Shown here: positions 9,975 to 20,967 of the stretch, one piece after another
Numbering within the stretch: position 1 is the stretch's first letter
How the letters are laid out: every line of letters starts with the position of its first letter
Source: Barnesiella sp.
Lineage (GTDB): Bacteria > Bacteroidota > Bacteroidia > Bacteroidales > Barnesiellaceae_A
Direction of reading: 5' to 3'
Length of the DNA: 64,000 nt
Assembly (NCBI GenBank): GCA_045645425.1
Contig: JAZRIS010000026.1
Span: 3,785-67,784, forward strand
Program-made: the position numbers and the translations under genes
The notes under the pieces: generated by a model
Databases searched by the model: none
The model's input: only the letters and a program-made list of their open reading frames with translations
What the model was told of the DNA's origin: nothing

Positions 9975-11912
9975 TTAATGGCGACCTTTGCCATTGTGCT
10001 TGGCTTGTTGCTTGCGTTGTTCACGCAAGAGGGCCTCTTGTTGGCGTTGAGCCTCTTCGAGTCGAGCCATAAAACCGCTTTTTTTGCGAGGTTTCTTGGC
10101 ATTGGCTTCCATCTGTGCCAATACTTTTTTCTCATCGACGAGCTTACGGAATGCCCATGTTTGTATGATGGTAATAAGCAATGACAAGAAGTAGTAGTAG
10201 CTAAGACCGGCAGCGTAGTTGTTGAAGAAGAACAAGAACATCAAGGGCATGAGGTACATCATCCACTTCATGCCGGGCATGGTGTTTTGTCCGCTTTGGT
10301 CCATTGTGACCTTTGTATAGAGTATGTTGGTAATGGTCATCAATAGGCAGAAGAGGCTGATGTGATTGCCAAATGTGCTGCTGATGAGGGGTATGTAGGT
10401 GTCCCACTCGACAATAGCATCGTATGAAGAGAGGTCTTTGGCCCACAAGAACGACTCGCCGCGCAACTCGATAGAAGAGGGGAAGAATGAGAACATAGCC
10501 ACGAGGATGGGCATTTGCAGCAACATAGGCAGACAGCCTCCCATCGGATTGACTCCGGCCTTGCTGTATAGCTCCATCATGGCATTTTGTTTCTTCATGG
10601 CATCCTCGGGGTTGGGATACTTCTCGTTGAGTGCTTGCATTTGCGGTTGTAATACACGCATCTTGGCTTGCGACTTGTACGACTTGTATGTGAAGGGGAA
10701 CAAGATGAGCTTGATAAATACAGTGAGCAAGAAGATGATAAGACCATAGTTGCTGATAAACTTACCGAGGAAGTCAAATACGTTGATGATAATGAGCGTA
10801 TTGATCCAGCGGAACAAGGGCCATCCCAAGGGTATCACGCGGTCGAGGTCGAGGCGGTCTTCTTTATCGACACCTTTGTCGTAAGAGCGGAACAACTTGT
10901 AGTCGTTGGGACCAAGGAAGATAGAGAAATTGGCAACGTTGGCATTGCTCGATGAGTAATCGATGAATGCTTCAGAGTGGAATTTCTTGAGGTATTTGGG
11001 GTCTTTCTCAAGGTCTTCGGTTACAAGGAATGCCTCATTGAAGTTGTTGTCGGCAATGAAGGCGGTAGTAAAGAATTGGTCTTTGTAACCTATCCATTTA
11101 AGACTTGTCTTGACATACTTGTCGTGATTGCCTTTCTCGCGAAGTTTTTCAACATCGTCACCGGCATACTTGTAGTAGAGGGCACTGTTGTTTTGCTCAA
11201 ACATACGACCCTTTTCCTGACGAGGCATCTTAAGATCCCAATACATGTCGAGATTGACAATGTTTTGAGGAATAACCTTCTGCATGCCGTTTTGAGTGAT
11301 GTCCATTTGCAAGCGATAGCTGTCTTGGGGTAGGGTGTATCGTACATTCCATGTAGAGCCACCTGCCAAGTTGAGAGTCATATCGACAATGCTGTCGCTT
11401 ACGGTGGGTGTGAAGTATAGATTTTGAGTGTCTATAACACGAGCACCTGTCTTGAAGATAAAGCCATAGTGGTTGTCATTCTCTTCAAAAAGTACCACGT
11501 TGGTGGTGTCCTTGCCGGTATAGTTTTTATAATCTTTGAGAGTAGCCTTGCGCAAGTAACCGCCTCGGCTCGAAAACTCAAGTGCAACAACGTTGTTTTC
11601 GAGAGTGATTGTTTGCTCCTCGCCTTCGGCAACTGTTGCAAATGCTCCATATTGAGATATTAACTCGGCTTTGTGTAGCGAATCGGCCGTGAGGCTATCG
11701 ACTTCGATAGCATTCATGGCTGCTTGTGCTTGTGCATCGGCCTCTTTTTGCCATGCCTCAAGTTCAAGCATTTTGGCTGCTTCGACAGCAGCAATAGAGT
11801 CGTTGTATCGTTGTTGCGCTTGTATCTCCTCGGCCGATGGCTTGGTAAACCACGAGAAGCCTATCACAACGGCAATCATCAATACAAATCCAATGATCGT
11901 GTTTTTGTCCAT
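9975..11912 (-). CDS. yidC: membrane protein insertase YidC (long Bacteroidota form)
   Basis: 645 aa: N-terminal TM, large periplasmic domain, and a C-terminal 60-kDa insertase core (GCLPMLLQMPILVAMF...). Confidence 0.9.
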   Translation of the reverse strand: MDKNTIIGFVLMIAVVIGFSWFTKPSAEEIQAQQRYNDSIAAVEAAKMLELEAWQKEADAQAQAAMNAIEVDSLTADSLHKAELISQYGAFATVAEGEEQTITLENNVVALEFSSRGGYLRKATLKDYKNYTGKDTTNVVLFEENDNHYGFIFKTGARVIDTQNLYFTPTVSDSIVDMTLNLAGGSTWNVRYTLPQDSYRLQMDITQNGMQKVIPQNIVNLDMYWDLKMPRQEKGRMFEQNNSALYYKYAGDDVEKLREKGNHDKYVKTSLKWIGYKDQFFTTAFIADNNFNEAFLVTEDLEKDPKYLKKFHSEAFIDYSSSNANVANFSIFLGPNDYKLFRSYDKGVDKEDRLDLDRVIPLGWPLFRWINTLIIINVFDFLGKFISNYGLIIFLLTVFIKLILFPFTYKSYKSQAKMRVLQPQMQALNEKYPNPEDAMKKQNAMMELYSKAGVNPMGGCLPMLLQMPILVAMFSFFPSSIELRGESFLWAKDLSSYDAIVEWDTYIPLISSTFGNHISLFCLLMTITNILYTKVTMDQSGQNTMPGMKWMMYLMPLMFLFFFNNYAAGLSYYYFLSLLITIIQTWAFRKLVDEKKVLAQMEANAKKPRKKSGFMARLEEAQRQQEALLREQRKQQAKHNGKGRH

Positions 11913-11948
11913 ACTTATTATAACTGTTGTTTTCTATATCTTATACAA

Positions 11949-13568
<1,620 letters not shown>

Positions 13569-13597
13569 TTATTGCTTTATGTGTAAAAATACGAGTA

Positions 13598-13605
13598 CAA
13601 AAGTA
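13598..13605 (-). promoter_or_regulatory. -7 promoter box (TActTTTG on the minus strand) for pyrG-yidC
   Basis: The plus strand reads caaaagta, an exact TAnnTTTG on the coding strand, about 50 nt upstream of the pyrG ATG. Confidence 0.5.
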
Positions 13606-13796
13606 GGAAAAATAATCGATATTACCTCGCTATATATGCCAATAAATAAAAAGAGTTTTATTTGTCTGGTGCACACGATATTGCGTATTGCTGTTATACG
13701 ATACTCTTTTCATTCTTATGGTAGATATTATTTCGTTTTAAACCAAATTTATATTATCTTCGCATCTGAAAACATTTTAACAATCAACATACAGCT

Positions 13797-15197
13797 ATGC
13801 GACGAGTAAGTTTTTTATCTCTTATAATCTCTCTTTTTACAGTATCTTTATTTGCGCAAGAGGTTGCCAATGATAGTATTGCAGCCGCTGTACCCGATGT
13901 GGCCAAGTGCGACACACTTGTGTCCGAAAGTACACTTATGCCCGATACTGCAAGTATTGATGATACTTTCATTTGCCTCGACTCTATATTGTGTGCCATG
14001 AATATCGATTCTATCCTCGATACTCCCGATGCCCGATATGCGGCAAGTGTGTTGTTTATGCCTCTTGTTTTTGAGAAGCACGAAACGATACCTTATGAGC
14101 AACTGTTTGTTGCCGATGTGCAGTTTGTGCCTCGTGCATATATGATGCAAAAAGAGTCTATAATGCCCTATAAAACAACATGGCTCTATCGTGCTGCATG
14201 TCAGTCTAATCGCCTTCGTGCAGCTCGTAACTATATGATTATCAATCGCCCCGATTTGGTAAAATATAATCTCGAAAACTTGCCCAAGGCTCCCAAAGAG
14301 TATGTCTTGGTCAATGACCCCACGAAGCAAACGATAACCATTGTAGAGAAGCCTCGTGAGATTATTGCATCGGACTTGGAGAGCAAGCCCGTGAAGATAA
14401 AGAAATGGAAGCTGTCATTTGGTAGCAATATACAGATTTCTCAAGTATATGTGTCTAAAAATTGGTATCAAGGAGGTAATAGCAACTTGAACTTGCTGAG
14501 CGACCAACTCTTCTCAATCAATTATATCGACCCATCGGGCAAGTTGTTGTTTGAAAATCTTGTGCAATGGAAATTTAACCTCACAACATCGGCCGAAGAT
14601 ACCGTACATAAGGTGCGAGTGAGTGAGGATTTGTTCCAAATCAACTCAAAGTTTGGTTACAAGGCTTTCGGCAAATGGTACTATTCGGCATCGATGCTCT
14701 TCAAGACGCAGTTGCTTACCAACTACGCCCCCAATTCAATGGTCAAAGAAACCGAATTTTTATCGCCCGGTGAGTTGAATGTCGGCCTTGGTCTTTCTTA
14801 CTCATTTGCTTATGAGAAGCCTGTTAAGTTGTCGCATACGCTCACATTGTCACCTTTGTCCTACAATCTGCGCTTTGTGGCCTTGCCCAATATTTCACCC
14901 ACCAAGTTTGGTATAGAATCGGGCAATACTCGTAATGAGGTGGGTTCGTCTTTGGACTATACCATGACATGGGACTTGCGTTACAATATACGTTGGATGA
15001 CACATTTATATGCTTTTACCAACTATAAAAACGCATTGTTGGAGTGGACCAACTCGCTCGACTTTTCGTTCTCTACCTATTTCTCGGCTCGCCTATATGT
15101 CGATTTGCGATATGACAATAGTGTGGCTCCCGATCCTACATTGGGCTATTGGCAAATCAAGGAGTTGTTGAGTATTGGTTTCTCCTATAAGATATGA
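13797..15197 (+). CDS. DUF3078-like outer-membrane beta-barrel protein
   Basis: 466 aa with a signal peptide. Has the NWYQGGNSN motif, alternating beta-strand pattern and a C-terminal aromatic-rich last strand (GFSYKI). Confidence 0.5.
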   Translation: MRRVSFLSLIISLFTVSLFAQEVANDSIAAAVPDVAKCDTLVSESTLMPDTASIDDTFICLDSILCAMNIDSILDTPDARYAASVLFMPLVFEKHETIPYEQLFVADVQFVPRAYMMQKESIMPYKTTWLYRAACQSNRLRAARNYMIINRPDLVKYNLENLPKAPKEYVLVNDPTKQTITIVEKPREIIASDLESKPVKIKKWKLSFGSNIQISQVYVSKNWYQGGNSNLNLLSDQLFSINYIDPSGKLLFENLVQWKFNLTTSAEDTVHKVRVSEDLFQINSKFGYKAFGKWYYSASMLFKTQLLTNYAPNSMVKETEFLSPGELNVGLGLSYSFAYEKPVKLSHTLTLSPLSYNLRFVALPNISPTKFGIESGNTRNEVGSSLDYTMTWDLRYNIRWMTHLYAFTNYKNALLEWTNSLDFSFSTYFSARLYVDLRYDNSVAPDPTLGYWQIKELLSIGFSYKI

Positions 15198-15206
15198 TAT
15201 TGATGG

Positions 15207-15764
15207 ATGTATAGACGTGCGATACATACTATATGGTGCATAGTTTTACTTCTGTTGTTGGTGGGCTGTTTCCCTCTATCCTATCGAAACGACCCTACCC
15301 GGCTTCCTATGGCCGAGTTGTCGCCTCCATTCGATCGCGAGCAGTTTATTGCTTACATTGATACTGTTGCAGTTGATGATTGGGAGGGTGTGTGGCTATT
15401 GACAGGCCCCGACTTGCACTACTACTTGGCAATAGAGCGTATCAATAATATGACTTACGATGCCTATTATTCGCATCGTATAAGGTTGTGGAATTCGGTA
15501 AATCCCTATTTGGAGTTTATATATCCCCATGGACAAGTAATAGGATATTTGGGTCAGGGGTTATATGAAAATACCAAGACGATGGTACTTTTTTCGGGGC
15601 TGTATTTAAAGAGTAACCTGTTTAAGAAAACTGTCAAGATTGACAAGACTCGCAAGTATATCTATATAGATAGAGGCGACAAGATTTTGGATGCCATAGG
15701 TTTGCGACGTATCTATCCCATACGTTCGGCCGAGGAAGATGAGTATAGAGTGCGTTACTTGTAG
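15207..15764 (+). CDS. hypothetical lipoprotein
   Basis: 185 aa with the lipobox LLVGC. I recognised no family. Starts 9 nt after the preceding gene. Confidence 0.5.
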   Translation: MYRRAIHTIWCIVLLLLLVGCFPLSYRNDPTRLPMAELSPPFDREQFIAYIDTVAVDDWEGVWLLTGPDLHYYLAIERINNMTYDAYYSHRIRLWNSVNPYLEFIYPHGQVIGYLGQGLYENTKTMVLFSGLYLKSNLFKKTVKIDKTRKYIYIDRGDKILDAIGLRRIYPIRSAEEDEYRVRYL

Positions 15765-15806
15765 CCTTTATAGACAGAAGTTCCCTATATTTCCCTTGGG
15801 CAAATC

Positions 15807-16250
15807 TCAGTTGAGTTTCTTGAAGAAGTACTTGTAGTCGTTGTATTGCAATGTCATGTATTGGTTGTTCAACTCCAATACCTGAAATAGCGGTGACACG
15901 GTATCTATGTGCAATGATACCAAATCGTTGAGCATGGCTTGTTTCTGCTCTTGGCTCACGGCATCTTGACCATTGTGATTGTATATGTTGAGTTGGAGAT
16001 AGTCGTCGTGGTGCTCATATAGACCCATAAAAACGGCATAGTCGTATGAGTTGTATAGAACTCTCTGAATTTTGAAAAGATTGGACTGGAATGCGAAAAA
16101 CACTGTATCACATTCGCTTTCAATCTCGTTGTAATCAACGTGTTCCAGTCGCCATTGACCATATAGATAGCCTATGTTGCCATCATTTTGCATACATGAG
16201 GCGAGTAGAGCGCATAGTGCGATAATGACGGTATATAAGAGATTTTTCAT
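15807..16250 (-). CDS. lipocalin-like domain lipoprotein
   Basis: 147 aa with the lipobox LLASC and the GQWRLEH motif typical of Lipocalin_4-type domains. Its start overlaps the stop of the upstream Wzi-like gene by 4 nt. Confidence 0.5.
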   Translation of the reverse strand: MKNLLYTVIIALCALLASCMQNDGNIGYLYGQWRLEHVDYNEIESECDTVFFAFQSNLFKIQRVLYNSYDYAVFMGLYEHHDDYLQLNIYNHNGQDAVSQEQKQAMLNDLVSLHIDTVSPLFQVLELNNQYMTLQYNDYKYFFKKLN

Positions 16251-17809
16251 TTTTTGTCCGATTTTTTGTTGAACTTAAATAGGGTTCCTCCTTTGATGAT
16301 TTTGATGCTGATACCCAGATTGTCGCCTATGAGGTTGCCTGCATCAACTGCTATTGCTGCACGAAATTGCCATCCTTCGAGTTTGGCGGGTCTGTATGTA
16401 CATTCGAGAAGTGCTGCAAATTGGCTCAAATCATATCGTGCAGGGATAAAGGGTGTTCCCCATGCCTGACGGTATGAACTCATAAAACGATACTGCCATT
16501 CGTTCAAGAAATATCCTTGCAAAGCTACATGATAACCTCTGACACGGGTGTTGAGATACCGCATATAACCATCGGTGTTGTACATGATAGAGGGCGACAT
16601 GGGGCTACCCAATCCCAATCCCTCTTGTTGCCATCCATTGAAGAAGTAGTTGTTGTAATAGTCGTCGCCTCCCGATGTGGCAGTTGATACCAATGTGCCG
16701 GGGCGGTCGGTGGGTTGCCAAGGTATGGGGCCACTTTGATTGTCAAGACCTATATACTCTACCAAAATATCCGAAACGATGCTGCGACGGTTGGTGTGAT
16801 AAGACAACCCCCATAAGCCATCAAATCCGTTTCCCTTGCGCATGCCCGAGCCATCTTCATATATCCATTGTGTGTAGGCTCGTATTTGCGAATTGTCCTT
16901 GAAAGTGTATTCAGCCGCCATATTGATAGAGCCTACATGATTGCCATACACAAATAGTTGGTCGCCCGATGCGGCGTTTTCGTCGCCGGCACTCGGAACA
17001 AATGCCTGTATAAATGACATGAATGTAATGGGCGATTGGTATGACGATTGCAGTACTCCATCTCTATATACTACCATGTCGCCACCAAATTGTACTCCGT
17101 CTTCCAGCCCGAGCATGAATACGAAGGGTTGGTTGGGATTGCTGCGAAACATCAGCGACTTGTAGTGATAGAAGGTATTGGTGGTGATAAAGGATGAGTA
17201 ATAGTTGTAGTGGTCGCGCAGGTAGTTGTCGCCCAGAAACTTACCATAGGCAATATCGCCTTTTATTTGCACCCAACCATTGGTGAAGGGTATATCGACA
17301 AATCGGTGAAAACCTATTCGCACTTGAGGTATGGGACGAGCATTGCCCGAAAGAATAAAGTTGCCTGACGATAGTCGGTGGTTGGTGATGTCGTTCTCGT
17401 GAGCATACTCCCGCATACCCACCGACAAGAATACAGCTCGATACTTGATGTCGGCATAGAGTTGTTGTATGCGAAAGATTTGTGGGCGGTTGTATATTGT
17501 GGTGAAACTTCCATTATCCCAACGACGAGTGGGTGACGCTGTTTCGTAAACGCCCATAAGGTCAATGCCGGCGGCGTACGAGAAGCGTTGAGTCGTGTCC
17601 ATCTTGATAAATGCACCGGCTCGCAAGTAGCCTCCGCTTCCATTGGTTACAGTACCATAAGTGTTGGCTGTCATGTAGTAGGGGGCGAATGTGCCTGTGG
17701 CCGCATGTCCTGCAATTTCGGCCGCATAGGTGACTCTATCTTGCGATAGTGCTACCGGTATGATGGCTATAAGCAGTGCGAGAGCGATGACTATTTTTTT
17801 CATTCCCAT
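16247..17809 (-). CDS. capsule assembly Wzi-family outer-membrane protein
   Basis: 520 aa with a signal peptide. FAPYYMTANTYG resembles the Wzi N-terminal motif, and the rest has beta-barrel character. A caaaggta -7 box lies at 17841-17848. Confidence 0.5.
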   Translation of the reverse strand: MGMKKIVIALALLIAIIPVALSQDRVTYAAEIAGHAATGTFAPYYMTANTYGTVTNGSGGYLRAGAFIKMDTTQRFSYAAGIDLMGVYETASPTRRWDNGSFTTIYNRPQIFRIQQLYADIKYRAVFLSVGMREYAHENDITNHRLSSGNFILSGNARPIPQVRIGFHRFVDIPFTNGWVQIKGDIAYGKFLGDNYLRDHYNYYSSFITTNTFYHYKSLMFRSNPNQPFVFMLGLEDGVQFGGDMVVYRDGVLQSSYQSPITFMSFIQAFVPSAGDENAASGDQLFVYGNHVGSINMAAEYTFKDNSQIRAYTQWIYEDGSGMRKGNGFDGLWGLSYHTNRRSIVSDILVEYIGLDNQSGPIPWQPTDRPGTLVSTATSGGDDYYNNYFFNGWQQEGLGLGSPMSPSIMYNTDGYMRYLNTRVRGYHVALQGYFLNEWQYRFMSSYRQAWGTPFIPARYDLSQFAALLECTYRPAKLEGWQFRAAIAVDAGNLIGDNLGISIKIIKGGTLFKFNKKSDKK

Positions 17810-17943
17810 GATTTGTCGTTATATCACTTATCAATGATGGCAAAGGTACAATTTTTTTGATATAAGACAAGCCTCCAATGAGTTGAAAAGCTCGTTGGAG
17901 GCTTGATTTTGATATTCAATAGGTGTATATACTGCTTGTGTTA

Positions 17944-18567
17944 TCAGAATGTGATACCGAGATTGAATCCTATGTTGTTATATCCGTTGATGTCATATAC
18001 AAGGCATTTTGTTTGATTGGTTGAGTAACTGTAATACAAACCCAAGTGTATGCCGGTGCGATTGATAGATGAGGGGAATATAGATACTCCTACCTCGGGT
18101 TGCACGTTGAAGCCCCACGCCTCGCTATAAAACTCCAAGACACTGTTGGTCGATGACATGCGGGTGTAGTTTGCTCCCAATTTCAATGTTGCATAGGGCT
18201 CAAAAAGGGAGTTCTCGACAAAACGATATTTTACCAAGGCACCAAATGGTATCTGGAAGAGGCTCTGGAGCTGGTCGGTATATAGGTCGCTCGATGACGA
18301 TAGATGTAAAACTTGCGCTTCTACATATTTGTTGTTGGTATGGAATGAGCCATAAAGACCCACTGCTACTTTGGGAGCGACATAAACTCCACTTTCAAAG
18401 TTCATACCCCATCCGCTGGCTGTGTTGGCATAGTCGGTGCATACGGGGGCACTAAATTGCCAGTCGATATTGAAGTAAGTATTTTTGACAAATTGTGCTT
18501 GTGTTGTTGTGGGTATAATGGCGGCGCATAGGAGTAGCGCAATACCCAATATCTTTGTTGCCTTCAT
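17944..18567 (-). CDS. small outer-membrane beta-barrel protein (OmpW/OmpA-barrel-like), copy 2
   Basis: 207 aa with a signal peptide ending in AQ. Shows an alternating hydrophobic strand pattern and the terminal beta-signal ...GFNLGITF. Confidence 0.6.
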   Translation of the reverse strand: MKATKILGIALLLCAAIIPTTTQAQFVKNTYFNIDWQFSAPVCTDYANTASGWGMNFESGVYVAPKVAVGLYGSFHTNNKYVEAQVLHLSSSSDLYTDQLQSLFQIPFGALVKYRFVENSLFEPYATLKLGANYTRMSSTNSVLEFYSEAWGFNVQPEVGVSIFPSSINRTGIHLGLYYSYSTNQTKCLVYDINGYNNIGFNLGITF

Positions 18568-18602
18568 TTTCTTCTATTTTTTGAGGTATTGTGTATAGTG
18601 GT

Positions 18603-19250
18603 TTATTGTGCTTGCATATAGGGCGATTGTTCAAACGCTTGATAGATACCTGCTATGGCGTGTGAAATGTTGAGTTGGTTGCTCGATTCGGCACCAACCA
18701 TGCAAGCAGTCCATACAAAGGGGAGTTTCTTGTTGGTATGGTCGGCTTTATTGAGAGCCATCATCTCTACAACAAGTGTTCCGGTTGTATATGTGTATGT
18801 TACCGGGTAGGGATAGTAGGGGTACCAGTCGATGTAGTAGGGGTCCCAATAGTCAAAGGGCCAATAATAGTAGAAATCATACCACCAATAGGGGTAGTAA
18901 TAATCGACATAGGTATTGGAACGCTTGACATAGCTGGTTATAATACCCAAGTCGGCTTGTGTGCGGTCATATACCTGTGTGTAGCCGCATCGAGTCATCT
19001 CGTTTGTCAGTACTTCTATGATGTTGCGGGCACGCGGGTCGTTGTCGTCTATATACACCGCCTCTTCTTGGCTGTTATCGAGCAAGAGAATACTATCGGG
19101 GATATAGAATGTATAGTTGTTGCTATAATCAAATTCTTGGTCGTAATGGGTATAAACCAGCAATTCGTTTGAGAGTTTGCCCCAATCCGGCTCCTTTTGG
19201 CAACTTGTGAGAGCTGCTGCAATGATAAGTAGTGTGAGTAATTTTTTCAT
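18603..19250 (-). CDS. DUF4136-like lipoprotein with a Trp/Tyr-rich insert, copy 2
   Basis: 215 aa with the lipobox LTSC and a central YVDYYYPYWWYDFYYYWPFDYWDPYYIDWYPYYPYP segment. An exact caaagata -7 box lies at 19288-19295. Confidence 0.5.
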   Translation of the reverse strand: MKKLLTLLIIAAALTSCQKEPDWGKLSNELLVYTHYDQEFDYSNNYTFYIPDSILLLDNSQEEAVYIDDNDPRARNIIEVLTNEMTRCGYTQVYDRTQADLGIITSYVKRSNTYVDYYYPYWWYDFYYYWPFDYWDPYYIDWYPYYPYPVTYTYTTGTLVVEMMALNKADHTNKKLPFVWTACMVGAESSNQLNISHAIAGIYQAFEQSPYMQAQ

Positions 19251-19507
19251 CTTGTGTGATTATAATATGGTTGTTATGAATGTGTAGCAAAGATAATTTT
19301 AAATTGTCAAAAATAAAATAATAAGTGAAGAAAATTAACAACTATAATAACTCGAATTGTCATTCGGTTTGTGCCTTGTGCTGTTTCGGAGTAAAGTGGC
19401 AGTGTGTATATATAATATCCCATAGCCGTTGCCTCGGCCATGGGATATTGTATTGATAAGGGGTGTATATATTCAATTTATGATGGATATGCTCTTTCTT
19501 TTTGATA

Positions 19508-20134
19508 TCAGAACGAAAGTCCGAGCCTAAATCCTATGTTGTTGTACCCGTCGATGTTGTATATGAGCACCTTGCTCTTGTTGGTGGAGTAGCTATAGTA
19601 TAGGGCAAGGTGTATGCCGGTGCGATTGTAGGGCATAGGGAAGAAACTTACACCAATTTCGGGTTGTACGTTAAATCCCCAACGGTCGTTGTAGTAGCTA
19701 TATACTTGAGTATCGGACTCCATGCGGGTGTACATGGCTCCAAGTTTGACACCGATATATGGCTCGAACATCTCATCTTTGATAAATCGCCATCGCGATG
19801 CTACACCAAAGGGAATTTGAAACAGAGAGTGCTGTTGGTCGGTATAGAGGTTTTCGGTATCGCTCAGTTGCAGTACTTGTTCGCCTATGTACTTGTTGTT
19901 GGTGTGGAACGACATATACAAGCCCAATGACATATTGGGGATAATGTAGTATCCACCTTCAAATCCCATGCCCCATCCGCTTGCAACGTTGGCAAAATCG
20001 TTGCTCACCGGTGCATTAAATTGCCAATCGACAGTCATGTATCCTCCCTTGATAATTTGAGCATTGCTCATCGTGGGTATAAATGTAGCTATTGCAAGCA
20101 ATAGTATTGCTGTTATTTGGGTTATCTTTTTCAT
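19508..20134 (-). CDS. small outer-membrane beta-barrel protein, copy 1
   Basis: 208 aa, a paralog of 17944-18567. It ends ...GFRLGLSF. A hairpin (19417-19450, atatcccatagccg / cggccatgggatat) follows it. Confidence 0.6.
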   Translation of the reverse strand: MKKITQITAILLLAIATFIPTMSNAQIIKGGYMTVDWQFNAPVSNDFANVASGWGMGFEGGYYIIPNMSLGLYMSFHTNNKYIGEQVLQLSDTENLYTDQQHSLFQIPFGVASRWRFIKDEMFEPYIGVKLGAMYTRMESDTQVYSYYNDRWGFNVQPEIGVSFFPMPYNRTGIHLALYYSYSTNKSKVLIYNIDGYNNIGFRLGLSF

Positions 20135-20183
20135 TGCTGTAATTGTTTATAGAGTTAGAGTTTACAATGTGTATGCCCTCTTT

Positions 20184-20843
20184 TTATTGTTCTACACCCG
20201 ACAATAAGTAGGGCGATTGTTCAAATGCTTGATAGATGCCCGTAATGGTGCGGTTGATGTTGAGCTGGTTGCTCGATAATATGCCGGCCATGTATGCTGT
20301 CCATATAACCGGTATTTTCTTGGTAACGGGATTGGCATCTTCGAGAGCAATTATCTCAATAATCAACGAGCCTATGGTGTAGGTGTAGCTTATAGGATAG
20401 GTATAGGAGGGAGTCCAGCCCCACCAATAGGGGTTCCAATAGCTACCCGGCCAATAGTAGTCGTACCCATACCACCAATAGGGATTGGTCGATGCGTAGG
20501 AAATAATGGTATTGGTGTCTTTGACATAGCTCACTTGTATGCCCATGTCGGCATCGGCATTCTCTATTACCTCGACGTAGCCGCGAGTCTTCATTTCGCT
20601 GTTTATGGCATTGATGATAGCGGTAGTGCGAGGGTCGTCGGCGGCAAAATAGGTGGGTTTGCTCTTGTCATCGAGTACCAAGATGCTATCGGGGATAGCA
20701 TAAGTTGCGTACTTGCCAAAGTTGGCATTTTTGTCATGATTGGTATAAACGATAAGATCGCTCGACAATTCGTTGAAGTCGGGATCTTTTTGGCAGGCGG
20801 CGCATGCTGCCACCAAGAGTAGAATGGGAATTACCTTCTTCAT
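20184..20843 (-). CDS. DUF4136-like lipoprotein with a Trp/Tyr-rich insert, copy 1
   Basis: 219 aa with the lipobox AACAAC, a paralog of 18603-19250. Contains PYWWYGYDYYWPGSYWNPYWWGWTPSYTYP. Confidence 0.5.
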   Translation of the reverse strand: MKKVIPILLLVAACAACQKDPDFNELSSDLIVYTNHDKNANFGKYATYAIPDSILVLDDKSKPTYFAADDPRTTAIINAINSEMKTRGYVEVIENADADMGIQVSYVKDTNTIISYASTNPYWWYGYDYYWPGSYWNPYWWGWTPSYTYPISYTYTIGSLIIEIIALEDANPVTKKIPVIWTAYMAGILSSNQLNINRTITGIYQAFEQSPYLLSGVEQ

Positions 20844-20967
20844 AACACTGTTTTTTGAGTAAATGAATAGATATTAGTTTACCCTAAAACAACGTTATGT
20901 AAGGAATAGTTTGGTCGTATGGTTGATATGTTATAGACCTATTGTTTGTTTATTGCCTGTTGCAACT

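Larger units (their letters stand above)
17944..20843 (-). repeat. tandem duplication of a two-gene module (aromatic-rich lipoprotein + small OM beta-barrel)
   Basis: ORF pairs 20184-20843/19508-20134 and 18603-19250/17944-18567 align along their full lengths. Examples are QIPFGVASRWRFIKDEMFEPYIGVKLGAMYTRM vs QIPFGALVKYRFVENSLFEPYATLKLGANYTRM, and GIYQAFEQSPY in both lipoproteins. Confidence 0.8.

Noticed and set aside
9888-10184. 98-aa plus-strand ORF at the yidC 3' end
   Set aside because: It overlaps the yidC terminator hairpin and the yidC C-terminal coding region on the opposite strand. There is no promoter box or family resemblance.
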